64,000 nucleotides of DNA from Croceivirga sp. (GCA_050042945.1 JBHJJC010000064.1:4344-68343); one strand, 5' to 3'. Shown: positions 1-10,082, numbered from the stretch's first letter. The notes: generated from the sequence alone by a model not told the origin. A program made the numbers and translations.

Positions 1-2
1 AT

Positions 3-1007
3 GTTTTAATTGGGGAAGATCATTTCTTTAATGAAATTCCTGAATTCGTTGAACGCATTACGGATGAAGTTCGATTTGATAATTTCATTTGTGAAGTCGA
101 TCCTTTTTCGATTGAAATTCTTGAAGAAAAAATTGAAAATTTTTCAGAGGAAAGACTAAAGGCATTCAAATCAGATTTTGGTAATACCCTGTCTTTTTTC
201 GCTTTGTATCCTGAATTTCAATTGCTGGAGAAACTTATTAAAAAAAATACCAATATAATCGGCGTGGATCAAATTGTAATGACCACTGATAGGTTTCTTG
301 CCTCTGAACTAAAAAAGATTACGACCAATGGCATGGCGAGAAACATATATGCCGAAATAGAAGAAAATTCAGCAAAGTTTTATCCAGAATTCGTGTCAGG
401 TAATGGAAGTCCCTTCTTTTTCTCAGATTCCTTTAATCAGAAATTGGAAGTCTTGGGGGAAATGGATCTCTCAAAAAAAGAGACTTCAATTATTGAATCG
501 TTAAAACTATCAAAGAAAATTTATGATAACCAAAGTCATTCCCTTCGCATTCAATTGATAAAGCATAATTACCTTGATGCCTTTCAGCAGATTAAAGGGC
601 ACAAAAACTTATATAAATTAGGTGTAATTCATACGGGTAAGGGTGAGAGTTTATTAGGGGGGTTTGACATAGGTAATGTCGCTCACAATATAGCTGACTC
701 TGAGTTTGAAAACTCGCTGCACATTCTAGTTTTAGGGAAGAGCGGAATAAAGGGAAGCCCGATGAAAGGGATGCCAAATACACCATTGGATATATCAAAG
801 GGACCATTGACCTCTTTACGACCATTTTTTGATGTGGTCAAGGGTTCAGAAGATTGGTATGTTTTTGATGTTGGAAACATTTCGAAGGATTTAAATCAGT
901 CCAAGGCCAAAATCAAAATAAGTGATAGAGTGCTCAATAATCTATTGAATGGATATGATTACTTGGTAGTGATACCAGAGGTAACACCCTCAACATTCAT
1001 TTATTAA
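3..1007 (+). CDS. hypothetical protein, 5'-truncated by the window edge
   Basis: The ORF-track entry 204..1007 starts at a TTG, but the same frame stays open back to nt 3 (VLIGEDHFFNEIPEFVERITDEV...). The gene therefore begins upstream of the window. I could not assign any motif. Confidence 0.6.
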   Translation, partial: VLIGEDHFFNEIPEFVERITDEVRFDNFICEVDPFSIEILEEKIENFSEERLKAFKSDFGNTLSFFALYPEFQLLEKLIKKNTNIIGVDQIVMTTDRFLASELKKITTNGMARNIYAEIEENSAKFYPEFVSGNGSPFFFSDSFNQKLEVLGEMDLSKKETSIIESLKLSKKIYDNQSHSLRIQLIKHNYLDAFQQIKGHKNLYKLGVIHTGKGESLLGGFDIGNVAHNIADSEFENSLHILVLGKSGIKGSPMKGMPNTPLDISKGPLTSLRPFFDVVKGSEDWYVFDVGNISKDLNQSKAKIKISDRVLNNLLNGYDYLVVIPEVTPSTFIY

Positions 1008-1702
1008 TTTACCAACCTTTTTAGGTAAGAAATAGTAGGGTTGGTATTTATGGTACCTTAGGTATTCCAAATCCAGAACATGATAGCATTAAGTTGTTAA
1101 GGCTATTGTGGTACCTTCCCTTTTAGTCTTATAGTCTATAAATTTCACATAACACTATTTTTAGAATTCTATAGAACCTCATTATTTAGCTATTGTACAA
1201 GACTCCAAAAAGTCAAATAAGGGCTTTCTGTTCAAAAAGGTTTATAGAAAACCAAAACCTTTTAATCGATAGAATATTTAGATTCTTCAATAAATTCTGG
1301 ATTCAAAAAAAGTTTTCGGTACCGGGTGTTCGTCCATTTGTAGAACCAATACAGTGGTCCCTACTTAATATGTATTTCCGGTAAAAATCATGAATGGGAA
1401 AAAAGCTAAAAATACTTTACGAAGTTTAAGGGATTTTATCATTCAGAACCTAAAACAAATTATAATTGGTCCACTGCTTTGGTTTTGTTATTGTTTGTGT
1501 TTATTTGGGTAGCTTTATCAGTAAGAAGTAAAATTCATTAGTTACTATTTTTAAATAGGTAAGCAGTATAGGGCAGTGGGGAAAAAATTGTTTTCAAAAG
1601 GTAAATACTATGGTTCTAATCCTTGAGTTAATGCTATCTGCTTACCGTAGATTCTAATTATTAAACCAAATACTTTAAGGCTTTAAACAAAAGTATTTCC
1701 CT

Positions 1703-2590
1703 ATGGTGGAGAACGAATACATTTATCGAATCAATAGGGTTATTGATTATATAGAAAAGAGGTTGGAATTTGATTTCAACCTTGACGAGTTGGCTAGTGT
1801 ATCCAATTTTTCAAAGTTTCATTTTGCACGAATTTTTCGAGGGATAACAGGCGAAACACCATTTCAGTTTATTCTTCGTCAACGACTGGAAAAAGCAGCA
1901 TCCTTGTTGATACGGGGAAAAGAACCCATTTCGGCAATTGCTTATGATTGTGGATTTAAAAGTATTCCTGTGTTCTCCAAAAATTTTAAACTGTATTTCA
2001 ATGAATCTGCAAGTTTATTTAGAAGAAAGAATAGCAATTTGAATAAAGTCAATCTGAAAACCTCAGAATATTTTTACGCTCAGTTTGATGGTAAGATTGC
2101 TCCAGAAAACAATGAATTTGTAGAAATAAGGGATATTCAAAAAGAATCGGTGGTCTACATTCGGCATGTTGGTCCGTATGCAAATAATGCCGAGTTGTTC
2201 GGCCGTCTTTTTAACAGATTGTTTTCTTGGGCAAATGCTCTTGAGTCGAATCTTATTTTAGCGTTGAAATCCTTTATCGTCTATCATGATGATTTGGATA
2301 TTGCCGATGAGAACAAATTGAGAACCAGTGTTTGTATATCGGCACCCGAACCCATCAAGCTAGAGAGTGATATGGGAAAGATGATTATTGAAGGCGGTAA
2401 ATATGTAGTAGCGCGATTTAAGTGTAAACCCAATGAGATAAAACTATCATGGGATTGGTTGATGGGTGGTTGGTTCCCCACGAGTGGATATCAACCTGAT
2501 GACAAGGTCTGTTTTGAACAGTATCACGAAGTATCCGTCGACGGGGTAATGACCTTTGATATCTGTGTTCCAGTAAAGCGATTGGAGTGA
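1703..2590 (+). CDS. AraC-family transcriptional regulator with C-terminal GyrI-like effector-binding domain
   Basis: ATG start. The N-terminus is an AraC-type HTH (LDELASVSNFSKFHFARIFRGITGETPFQFILRQRLEKAASLL, ISAIAYDCGFKS). The C-terminal ~150 aa have the GyrI/SOUL-like layout (VVYIRHVGPY... FEQY). Confidence 0.8.
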   Translation: MVENEYIYRINRVIDYIEKRLEFDFNLDELASVSNFSKFHFARIFRGITGETPFQFILRQRLEKAASLLIRGKEPISAIAYDCGFKSIPVFSKNFKLYFNESASLFRRKNSNLNKVNLKTSEYFYAQFDGKIAPENNEFVEIRDIQKESVVYIRHVGPYANNAELFGRLFNRLFSWANALESNLILALKSFIVYHDDLDIADENKLRTSVCISAPEPIKLESDMGKMIIEGGKYVVARFKCKPNEIKLSWDWLMGGWFPTSGYQPDDKVCFEQYHEVSVDGVMTFDICVPVKRLE

Positions 2591-2636
2591 TTACTAAAGT
2601 TGAACAATATGAGTTTTAAATTGAAAAAATAGAAAA

Positions 2637-3155
2637 ATGAAGATTAAATTGATTTTATTGGTTATGGGCATAATTTTAGGTGTTTCGAAAGAGGTTGTAG
2701 AGGAAAAAGTTGACGATTTTATGATAATTGGTGTTTCTGTTGAGACTACAAATCAAGACGGACAGGCTGCACAGGATATGTCCGGATTATGGCAAAAATT
2801 TTTCACTGAAGGGGTGTCCAATAGAATAGCCAACAAAACGTCTGAGGATGTTTTTGTTTTATATACAGATTATGAAAAAGACTATAAGGGTAGATATACC
2901 GCCATAATTGGGCATAAAGTCCACTCAGTGGATGAGGTCCCTGAAGGGCTCATGGGGTGGACATTTCAGGGAGGAAATTATTTGAAGTTGACGGCAAAAG
3001 GAGAAGTACCTGGTTCGGTTGTGAACGTTTGGAATGAGGTTTGGTCGAAAGATGAAGCGTTACATCGTAGATATACCGTTGATTATGAAGTATATGGTCC
3101 GGATTCACAGAAAGGACCAAATTCAGAAGTCAATGTATTTATTGCTGTTGATTAG
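2637..3155 (+). CDS. GyrI-like small-molecule-binding domain protein
   Basis: 172 aa with a hydrophobic N-terminus. The body is typical of stand-alone AraC-effector-binding/GyrI-like proteins (FMIIGVSVETTN...GLWQKFF...VFVLYTDYEKDYKGRYTAIIG...DYEVYG). It lies 46 nt downstream of the AraC/GyrI gene. Confidence 0.65.
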   Translation: MKIKLILLVMGIILGVSKEVVEEKVDDFMIIGVSVETTNQDGQAAQDMSGLWQKFFTEGVSNRIANKTSEDVFVLYTDYEKDYKGRYTAIIGHKVHSVDEVPEGLMGWTFQGGNYLKLTAKGEVPGSVVNVWNEVWSKDEALHRRYTVDYEVYGPDSQKGPNSEVNVFIAVD

Positions 3156-3299
3156 GGTTTTCGCTGGTCGATTGGTTTGATTGTAAAAGAGTGGTGATCA
3201 GAGTTTGCTCCAGTATATTGATTCTTTGTGACGCCAATACCCAAAAGCATAGAAAATACTGTTTTTTATTATTTTGGTGTGGTGATACGCTAGACATCC

Positions 3300-4145
3300 A
3301 TGAATACAGCCTTACAAAACTATTTAAAATCCTATTTTGACTGGGTTCGGCTAAAGGAGGTATTTGGTAATTTTTCACCTGATTTCAAGTTTCTAGCATA
3401 TTTCATTGGTCTATCCTTTTTTTTACTCAGTGTATTTGGTTCTTTCGGACTTTTTAATGCGGGGTTTTGGACTCGAATAACACTTAGTTTTACCTATTCT
3501 TTAGTGTCTTTTTTGGTATTTGGGATTTCACTATCTGCTATCAAGATGCTCTCACATCAATGGAAACCCATATATTGGTTTCCATGGCTGTTGGTTGGGT
3601 TATCTATTACTTCACCCCTGAACCTTTATTTTCATGACCGGGTATTTGGGGAAGAAAAATGGACCATGTTACGTTTGTTCACCATTGGCTATTATCTCCT
3701 TCTTTTATTTGTGGTCTCACTGTGTTCTTACGTATTGATCTTTAAGAGATCTAAATCAAGATATGGTCATCATAAAGAAAATTTAAAACTCAAGATTCTG
3801 GCAGACAACCCTAAGAATAATTTTGTTTTGCCTGTAGATGATTTTTTATTTGCTAGGTCAGCTGGTAACTACGTTGAAGTTCATTATGTTCATAAAAATA
3901 CGCTTTGTACAAAGCTCATTCGTTCTACAATCAAACGTGTAGCGAAACAGTCTGAATCTTATGCGAATGTGATGCAGTGCCATCAGGCATTTGTAATAAA
4001 TTTGGATAAGGCGAGCAAACTGATTGGAAACGCGCAGAGCAGAAATCTTACCCTTAAAGGATATTCCGATTCCATACCGGTATCCAGGCGCTTTGCTCCA
4101 GAAATTAGGGAGGCATTGCACCAAATATCACTAAACCTTACCTAA
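3300..4145 (+). CDS. membrane-anchored LytTR-family DNA-binding protein
   Basis: The N-terminal ~150 aa form several hydrophobic helices. The C-terminal ~100 aa are a LytTR domain (LPVDDFLFARSAGNYVEVHYV...QCHQAFVINLDKA...IPVSRRF). There is no receiver domain. Confidence 0.75.
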   Translation: MNTALQNYLKSYFDWVRLKEVFGNFSPDFKFLAYFIGLSFFLLSVFGSFGLFNAGFWTRITLSFTYSLVSFLVFGISLSAIKMLSHQWKPIYWFPWLLVGLSITSPLNLYFHDRVFGEEKWTMLRLFTIGYYLLLLFVVSLCSYVLIFKRSKSRYGHHKENLKLKILADNPKNNFVLPVDDFLFARSAGNYVEVHYVHKNTLCTKLIRSTIKRVAKQSESYANVMQCHQAFVINLDKASKLIGNAQSRNLTLKGYSDSIPVSRRFAPEIREALHQISLNLT

Positions 4146-4204
4146 TATCCCAATTGCTTGATTTTGCGGTATCAAAACAATAATGTTGTTGGAAAATTCA
4201 AAGA

Positions 4205-5656
4205 ATGAAGCCTAAAATTGTTCTCCTTGTTTTGCTCTTAGTATTCTTCTTGACAAATGGGGAATCACAAACCAATAAAAACCAAGTTGAAACAAAACAG
4301 TTGACATTTGAGGAAATCAGCGACGACTTTTCAATATTAAAAGGAGCACTAACAACCGATTATCCTAGTGCGAACAGATATATATCAACAGACTCGGTAA
4401 ATAAGTTTTGGAACAAGTGGGAGCGAAGACTAAAGTCTATGAATGAAAGGGAATTTTTTAAACTGATAGGTGAGATTACACATAGCTTTCATGATGAGCA
4501 TCTCATTCCCAATATTTCTCAAGACTTTTTTAAAAACCCAAAGCGAAGGTTCCTTCCCTTCACTATCGAACGTCAAAACAATATATTGAGAGTGGCCCAC
4601 GTACACTCCAGTGCAAATAGTCTAAAGGCCGGCGATGAAATTTTATCCATTAATAGACATGACACAGATGAAATCATTGATGAAATTGGAAGAAGAATGC
4701 ACCATGACGGTCACATTAAAACTTTTATTGAAAGGCATTTTGAAGATTTTTCCCCTACCCAGTCGTTCAACTACTTTGATATGTGGTATGCTTTGTTGTA
4801 TGAAGACCGTGCGGATTATTTTGAATTAATGGTAAAGCACCAAGCAGATACAATAGCCATACAGGTCAACTCCTTGGCAAGAAAAGACTACTTGGATTTT
4901 TATTGGTCAAGAATGCCAAGAGACGCTCCGGCAAAATTTAGAATGATTCAAGATGGTGTAGGCTATTTAGAAATCAGTTCGTTTCATGAATGGTATCGAA
5001 ATCAACACAAACAAAATTTTAGACGTTTTTTTGAGCGAACGTTTAAAACTATTGATGAGAAGGGGATTGGAACGCTAATTCTTGATTTGAGAAGATGTGA
5101 AGGGGGTGATGATTCGAACAAATTGTTACTTCAATACCTTATCGATAGACCTTTTACCGTATACCGAGACATGTTTGTTACCTTTTCAGGCAAGCCTCTC
5201 TATACCGATTATTATGATTACCCATCTTTAGAGCTTGATTCCGGATTATTGACAAAGCTTAGTGAAAATTGGTACGCAACCAGTGAATTGGGACGCCAAA
5301 AAATAAATGGACTCACTGAAATGGAACCAAAGAAACAAGTCTTTCAAGGAAAACTTATCGTGTTAATTTCAGGCGCAACAGGTTCAGCTGCAGCGGTAGT
5401 AGCTGCAATGCTCAAAACGTACACTGATGCCATTTTTATCGGAGAAGAAACTGGCGGGACCATTAATGGACCAACAGCGCTCATTGTTCCGTATCTTACA
5501 TTGCCAAATAGTCAAATTCGAGTTGAAGTACCCCTCGTACAAATGCATTTGAATGTTGAAAATCCGAATGGGAGAGGGGTTGTTCCTGATGTTGGTCCGT
5601 TGAAAAAAGTTTTATCAAATGAAGATTTTTTGGAGCTCATTACATTGATTCCGTAG
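4205..5656 (+). CDS. S41-family (tail-specific protease-like) serine peptidase, secreted
   Basis: Signal peptide. The S41 catalytic region is present: LILDLRRCEGGDDS and LIVLISGATGSAAAVVAAML...IGEETGG. Confidence 0.7.
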   Translation: MKPKIVLLVLLLVFFLTNGESQTNKNQVETKQLTFEEISDDFSILKGALTTDYPSANRYISTDSVNKFWNKWERRLKSMNEREFFKLIGEITHSFHDEHLIPNISQDFFKNPKRRFLPFTIERQNNILRVAHVHSSANSLKAGDEILSINRHDTDEIIDEIGRRMHHDGHIKTFIERHFEDFSPTQSFNYFDMWYALLYEDRADYFELMVKHQADTIAIQVNSLARKDYLDFYWSRMPRDAPAKFRMIQDGVGYLEISSFHEWYRNQHKQNFRRFFERTFKTIDEKGIGTLILDLRRCEGGDDSNKLLLQYLIDRPFTVYRDMFVTFSGKPLYTDYYDYPSLELDSGLLTKLSENWYATSELGRQKINGLTEMEPKKQVFQGKLIVLISGATGSAAAVVAAMLKTYTDAIFIGEETGGTINGPTALIVPYLTLPNSQIRVEVPLVQMHLNVENPNGRGVVPDVGPLKKVLSNEDFLELITLIP

Positions 5657-5719
5657 TTTAAAGGTACTTGTGTTCCATACGGACTATTTGAACGATGTAC
5701 ATTATTACCTTTGTTAAGA

Positions 5720-6463
5720 TTATTCGGCTACAAAGTCGTCATAATCCTTATCTTCAATCCAATTGTACTCGATCTCTTTGGCCACTTTTCTGGCAAAGTT
5801 GATGCCATGGTTATCTGCCAAAAAGCCTAAAGCCATATCCATACCGGCACTTACTCCAGAAGAGGTATAGTATTTTCCATCTATGACCCAACGCGCTTTT
5901 TTGTCCCAATCAACATTGCTATTCTGTGAAGAAACCCAAGAAAATGCTCTTTTATTAGATGTAGCCTTTTTACCATCAAGAAGTCCAGTTTTTGCTAGTA
6001 GCGCACTACCTGTACAAACGGTCAGTACATAATCACTGGCCTGAGCCATTTCTTTAATGGTATCAATAAGTACCGTATTGTTCACTTCTTTTCGGGTTCC
6101 CAAGCCACCCGGTATCATAAGGATTTCTGCATCAATGTCCCCTAGCTTTTGTGTCATTACGGGCACTCCATGACGGTTTGAGATAATTCCTCCATTTAGG
6201 GAATAGAATGTGAGGTGGTAGTTGTCGACCAAACGACCAAATATTTCTGCCGGACCAAATACATCTAATGTTTCATAGTCATCAAATAGGATAATGGCGA
6301 TTTCGGTAGTGTTTTTCATTTTTTCCATGTTTTGTGCATTACCTCTATAGATATTCAAAACGATTAAAAATGAAACGAACAAAAAGAACCACTGCTGATT
6401 CGAATGACTTGATATATAGTTTTGATTGAGCATAGACTTATTTTTACTTTTTTGAAATGGCAT
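5720..6463 (-). CDS. DJ-1/PfpI-family protein with N-terminal signal/anchor
   Basis: IAIILFDDYETLDVFGPAEIF, LMIPGGLG, and the nucleophile-elbow Cys in LTVCTGSALLAKTG. An alternative ATG start at 6433 would remove the 20-nt overlap with the upstream gene. Confidence 0.8.
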   Translation of the reverse strand: MPFQKSKNKSMLNQNYISSHSNQQWFFLFVSFLIVLNIYRGNAQNMEKMKNTTEIAIILFDDYETLDVFGPAEIFGRLVDNYHLTFYSLNGGIISNRHGVPVMTQKLGDIDAEILMIPGGLGTRKEVNNTVLIDTIKEMAQASDYVLTVCTGSALLAKTGLLDGKKATSNKRAFSWVSSQNSNVDWDKKARWVIDGKYYTSSGVSAGMDMALGFLADNHGINFARKVAKEIEYNWIEDKDYDDFVAE

Positions 6464-7292
6464 TGTTTACTTCTACATAGTAATCTGTGGCATATCGATT
6501 TATTCCCAATTTGTTCCAATTATTAAATACTTGAAACCCTCGGGCTTTTGCCTTGTTATCAAGATTCCCAATTGTACCGAGAGTAACGGTCATACCATGA
6601 TTTCGAACGCTTTGATAGAATTCTTTCTTCTTGAGGGTTAAACCCGTAAAAACCGAAACTTTTGAGGTGTTGATTTTTGCATTCAATAATTTATTTAAAA
6701 CCTCTTCACTACCTGCCGAAACAGAAAGATTGATTTCCGGATCGTAATCATGTACATATTCAGCATCACTCAGGGAATACGTGATGACCTCGGTTTTTTC
6801 TCTGACCTCGAATTGATTGATAAGGTCCACAACCTGATGAAAAATGGTTTTATCCTTCATATCAAGACTTAAATAAACGTTCTCATTTTGTATCCAGTTA
6901 AAGATTTCCTTGAGTGTTGGAACCTTAAAATTGGTAAGCTCATTGTCTTCATTTAATAAAAAACCGTCTTTAATGGCTTCTAAAGAATAGTCTTTTAAAA
7001 AGCCGGTTAAGTTGGTCGTTCTGTCCAGTTTTTTGTCGTGCATTAGTACCAAAACGCCATCGAATGTTGGAGCTACGTCAATTTCCATCATAATGCCTTT
7101 GACGTTTTTTGAGGTGTTGATTAGGGTTTCCAATGCATTTTCAGGAAAACCCGCAACGGGGCCACCTCTATGCGCGCTGATTCTTACCGATTTTATATTA
7201 GGTTTGGCATCAGCGGTAATCTTAGAAGTACTTCCACATCCAAAAAATGAAATAGCCACTAAAATCAATACACCAATAGATACTTTTTTCAT
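6444..7292 (-). CDS. glycerophosphodiester phosphodiesterase family lipoprotein
   Basis: GDPD motifs are present: ISAHRGG..FPENALETL, MEIDV, LVLMHD. The ORF-track start at 7340 is a TTG. The ATG at 7292 gives MKKVSIGVLILVAISFFGC, which has a lipobox, so I prefer it. Confidence 0.8.
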   Translation of the reverse strand: MKKVSIGVLILVAISFFGCGSTSKITADAKPNIKSVRISAHRGGPVAGFPENALETLINTSKNVKGIMMEIDVAPTFDGVLVLMHDKKLDRTTNLTGFLKDYSLEAIKDGFLLNEDNELTNFKVPTLKEIFNWIQNENVYLSLDMKDKTIFHQVVDLINQFEVREKTEVITYSLSDAEYVHDYDPEINLSVSAGSEEVLNKLLNAKINTSKVSVFTGLTLKKKEFYQSVRNHGMTVTLGTIGNLDNKAKARGFQVFNNWNKLGINRYATDYYVEVNNAISKK

Positions 7293-7530
7293 GAGCTTTT
7301 GCAAATTAAAGATGACATTTTGGATATTTTCACTCCGCAACTAAAATAGACATATAAAAGAAAGAAAATAATACTTCACTTTCAATTTGATATGGTTGTG
7401 GGAAGATTGAATTTTGAACCGAACTTACCTTAAATGACTTTGGTTAATAGTGAAAGCTAGCGGTCTGATGTTGAAAAAAACTGTTACGGTCATTCTTTTT
7501 AGTGCTAGCTTTGATTAAACCATTTTGCTT

Positions 7531-8052
7531 ATGACGATTTTTGTGGATATGGATGAGGTTATCGCGGATACCTATCAAGCTCATATCGATTATTACAATA
7601 CGAAATACGGCACAACCTTCGATAAGAACGATTGTGCAGGTAATGATTTTTGGAAGATGGTACCGGAAGCCCATCAAAATGAAATATGGCAGAATGCCCA
7701 TAGAACGAATTTTTTCAGGGACTTAAAAGTGATGCCCGATAGTCAGGAAGTATTGGAGGCCATGAGTAAGGTCCATAAGGTATACATTGCAAGTGCCGCA
7801 ATGCAGTTTCCTAATTCCTTACGAGAGAAGTCTGATTGGTTGGATGAGTATTTTCCATTTATACCATGGCAAAGGCGCATACTCTGTGGTCATAAGCATA
7901 TTTTGCGGGGTGATGTCTTAATTGATGACAGAAGCTATCATTTAGAAAGATTCACCGGAAGGGGCATTTTGTTCACCTCACCCCATAATACTGAGGAATT
8001 AAATTTTGAGCGCGTATCCTCATGGAAAGAAGTAGCTTCCTTATTTTTATAA
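7531..8052 (+). CDS. 5'(3')-deoxyribonucleotidase (HAD superfamily, NT5C-like)
   Basis: The HAD motif I is FVDMDEV, followed by IDD...SPHN. The track start at 7525 is a TTG; the ATG at 7531 (MTIFVDMDEV) is more likely. The last 56 nt lie inside the left direct repeat. Confidence 0.8.
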   Translation: MTIFVDMDEVIADTYQAHIDYYNTKYGTTFDKNDCAGNDFWKMVPEAHQNEIWQNAHRTNFFRDLKVMPDSQEVLEAMSKVHKVYIASAAMQFPNSLREKSDWLDEYFPFIPWQRRILCGHKHILRGDVLIDDRSYHLERFTGRGILFTSPHNTEELNFERVSSWKEVASLFL

Positions 8053-8136
8053 TATGTCCAGGCCAATAGTCATTCTGTTTTTTTTGGTTTTAATGCAGTC
8101 TTGTGCATCACAGCATAATTTGGTGGAAGGAAGGCA
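7997..8136 (+). repeat. left copy of 140-bp direct repeat bracketing the NRPS island
   Basis: Hand alignment with 32083..32222 gives 136/140 identical bases with no gaps. Mismatches are at 8057/32143, 8062/32148, 8101/32187 and 8116/32202. The repeat covers the nucleotidase 3' end, the TAA stop, a 1-nt spacer and the first 83 nt of an esterase ORF. Confidence 0.95.
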
Positions 8137-8170
8137 GCACTATTACCCCGAATTAGATAAAAGAACATAG
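8054..8170 (+). pseudogene. dead 5' fragment of the esterase gene (duplicate of the 32140.. start)
   Basis: MSRPIVILFFLVLMQSCASQHNLVEGRQ matches MPRPIVILFFLVLMQSCASQHNLVEGRQ of the intact gene at 32140. It then diverges (HYYPELDKRT) and stops after 38 codons. Confidence 0.85.
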
Positions 8171-9056
8171 GAAATTGATGGTATGGAACACCTCGCTCAA
8201 CAATGACCAATAAGTGCCATAGCATTCAGTAAGCCTTTAATGAGTTGTATATAAGATGAATGCCCCTAACAAGACATCAAGCTCTAAAGGTTGGGCAATC
8301 TATAATAATTTCATCAAATGCCTTTAGAATAGTTTCAAAGATGATTATGTCATGGTGTCTTGCTGATCGCTGTTTGCCATATTGCTGTAGGAGCACCCGA
8401 TTTATTTGGTTTTGCAAAAAGAATGCCCGAATTAGAGAATTAATGGGCCAATGTTGTTTCAAGTTTATGAAAAGAAAAAGAAAAAATTAGCATAATTATA
8501 AAAAGGGAAAATAATTTTTCGATAAAATAGGGCTAGCAATCTCCTTCCAATCGGTTTTTTTTGATTGTGGTTATATTTATTTTAAAGAAAAATATTCTTG
8601 AGAAGTATGATTTACAATAGATTTTCACTCAAACAATCCTATTCTTTTTCACTTAATTTTCTTATTGGGCTCAATTCGGAACATCATTAACTTGTATCGA
8701 TTACAACATAAATCGAATATTTATAAGAGTTAAAACTTTTCTTCTGTGTTGGAAGCATTATTATTGCTACTTATATCGGGGGAATACAAAGTAAGGATTA
8801 GAGCGAAACGTAACTAGTAGGTAATTCCTTAAACAGATAAAACCTTGAGTGTTTTTTGGTTAAGAGACAATAATTATACTTAAATCGCATTTTATATTTT
8901 GTTCTATGTAGATCTTCTCATTTTTTCAGAGGGTCTTGGTTCTTAACCAAGCAGTACTAGACCAGTATTTAATTTTAGTAATTTTTAAGTAGATTATGGA
9001 ATCAAATGTTTGACCGATTCTTTGTAAGTATAGTTTAATAAATTGGAATAAAATTA

Positions 9057-10073
9057 ATGGTGTCGGAAATACAAAAGCGGCAGGAATGGAATGCTATTCT
9101 AGCTAGAATTGACAATTATGACTGCTATCATACTTACGAGTATAGCAGAATAAATAGAAAGCTCAATGAGACTCCCATTTTATTGGTTTATGAGGCCAAT
9201 AAAGTTTTAATAGCTTTGCCATTATTAATTCGTGAAATACCTGAAACTTCCTTTTTTGATTGCACTTCAGTATATGGGTATCCTGGACCAGTTTGTAGTA
9301 ATTATGCAGGGTATGAAGATTTTGAGAACTTTCAAGAAGAATTGAAACATTATTTTCATCAAAAGAAAATAATTAGTGTTTTTTCCAGGTTGAATCCATT
9401 TATTGAAAATCAGGAGCAAGCTATATGTAACTTAGGGACAATTAAAAAGTTAAGCTACGTGGTAAGTATAGATTTGACAAAAAAGACTTCACAGCAACGA
9501 CAACTTTTTTCTAGTACTACAAAGAGGTATCTAAATAGGGCTAGACGCTTATTATATGTAAAAAGGATGGAGACGGTAAGTTCAAATGACCTCGATATTT
9601 TTACTAGGATGTATTTTGAAAATATGAAGAGAGTCAATGCTAGGGAGAGTTATTTTTTCGAAAAACAGTACTTTGCTGAAATGGTAACTTCTCAAGAATT
9701 TGAAACGGAGCTCTATTATGCGATTTTAAAAGAGAATCATGAAATTGTTTCAGCTATGCTTATCATAAAATCCGATATGGGAGTTCATTATCACCTCTCA
9801 GGAACAAATGAGATGCATTTGTATCTTTCTCCGGCACGTTTGTTAATCGATGAAGTAAGGCTTGCGCATTCCAATTCAGGATTGAATTTCTTTAATCTGG
9901 GAGGAGGACTAGGTAGCAAAAAAGATAATCTTTTTTACTTTAAGAGTTCATTCTCTGATGATTACAAGAGATTTAAAATTTGGAAGTACATTGTAAATGA
10001 AAAGGTCTATCATGAACTATCTTCCCAAGTTCAAAATCAGAACGATGGTTATTTTCCTGCATATAGAAATTAA
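9057..10073 (+). CDS. FemAB-like / GNAT-fold (aminoacyl-tRNA-dependent-type) transferase
   Basis: 338 aa. The overall pattern matches the FemX/FemAB-related family: W..I......YHTYEY, TSVYGYPGP, FSRLNP, KRYLNRA, HYHLSGT, FNLGGGLG. The call is by family resemblance from memory, not from a catalytic motif. Confidence 0.55.
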   Translation: MVSEIQKRQEWNAILARIDNYDCYHTYEYSRINRKLNETPILLVYEANKVLIALPLLIREIPETSFFDCTSVYGYPGPVCSNYAGYEDFENFQEELKHYFHQKKIISVFSRLNPFIENQEQAICNLGTIKKLSYVVSIDLTKKTSQQRQLFSSTTKRYLNRARRLLYVKRMETVSSNDLDIFTRMYFENMKRVNARESYFFEKQYFAEMVTSQEFETELYYAILKENHEIVSAMLIIKSDMGVHYHLSGTNEMHLYLSPARLLIDEVRLAHSNSGLNFFNLGGGLGSKKDNLFYFKSSFSDDYKRFKIWKYIVNEKVYHELSSQVQNQNDGYFPAYRN

Positions 10074-10082
10074 ATTTACACA

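Noticed and set aside
1390-1512. A 40-codon hydrophobic ORF (MNGKKAKNTLRSLRDFIIQNLKQIIIGPLLWFCYCLCLFG) in the 695-bp gap upstream of the AraC gene, together with 9-13-nt inverted arms ggtaagcag/ctgcttacc at 1558-1646.
   Set aside because: The ORF has no visible RBS context and I cannot assess its conservation. The inverted arms are short and 70 nt apart. Both are compatible with chance.
8260-8490. ORFs 8260-8490 (+) and 8277-8462 (-) in the AT-rich spacer, considered as possible transposase or integrase remnants.
   Set aside because: They overlap each other, start at non-ATG codons and have no motif I can tie to any recombinase family. The region is reported only as a coding desert.
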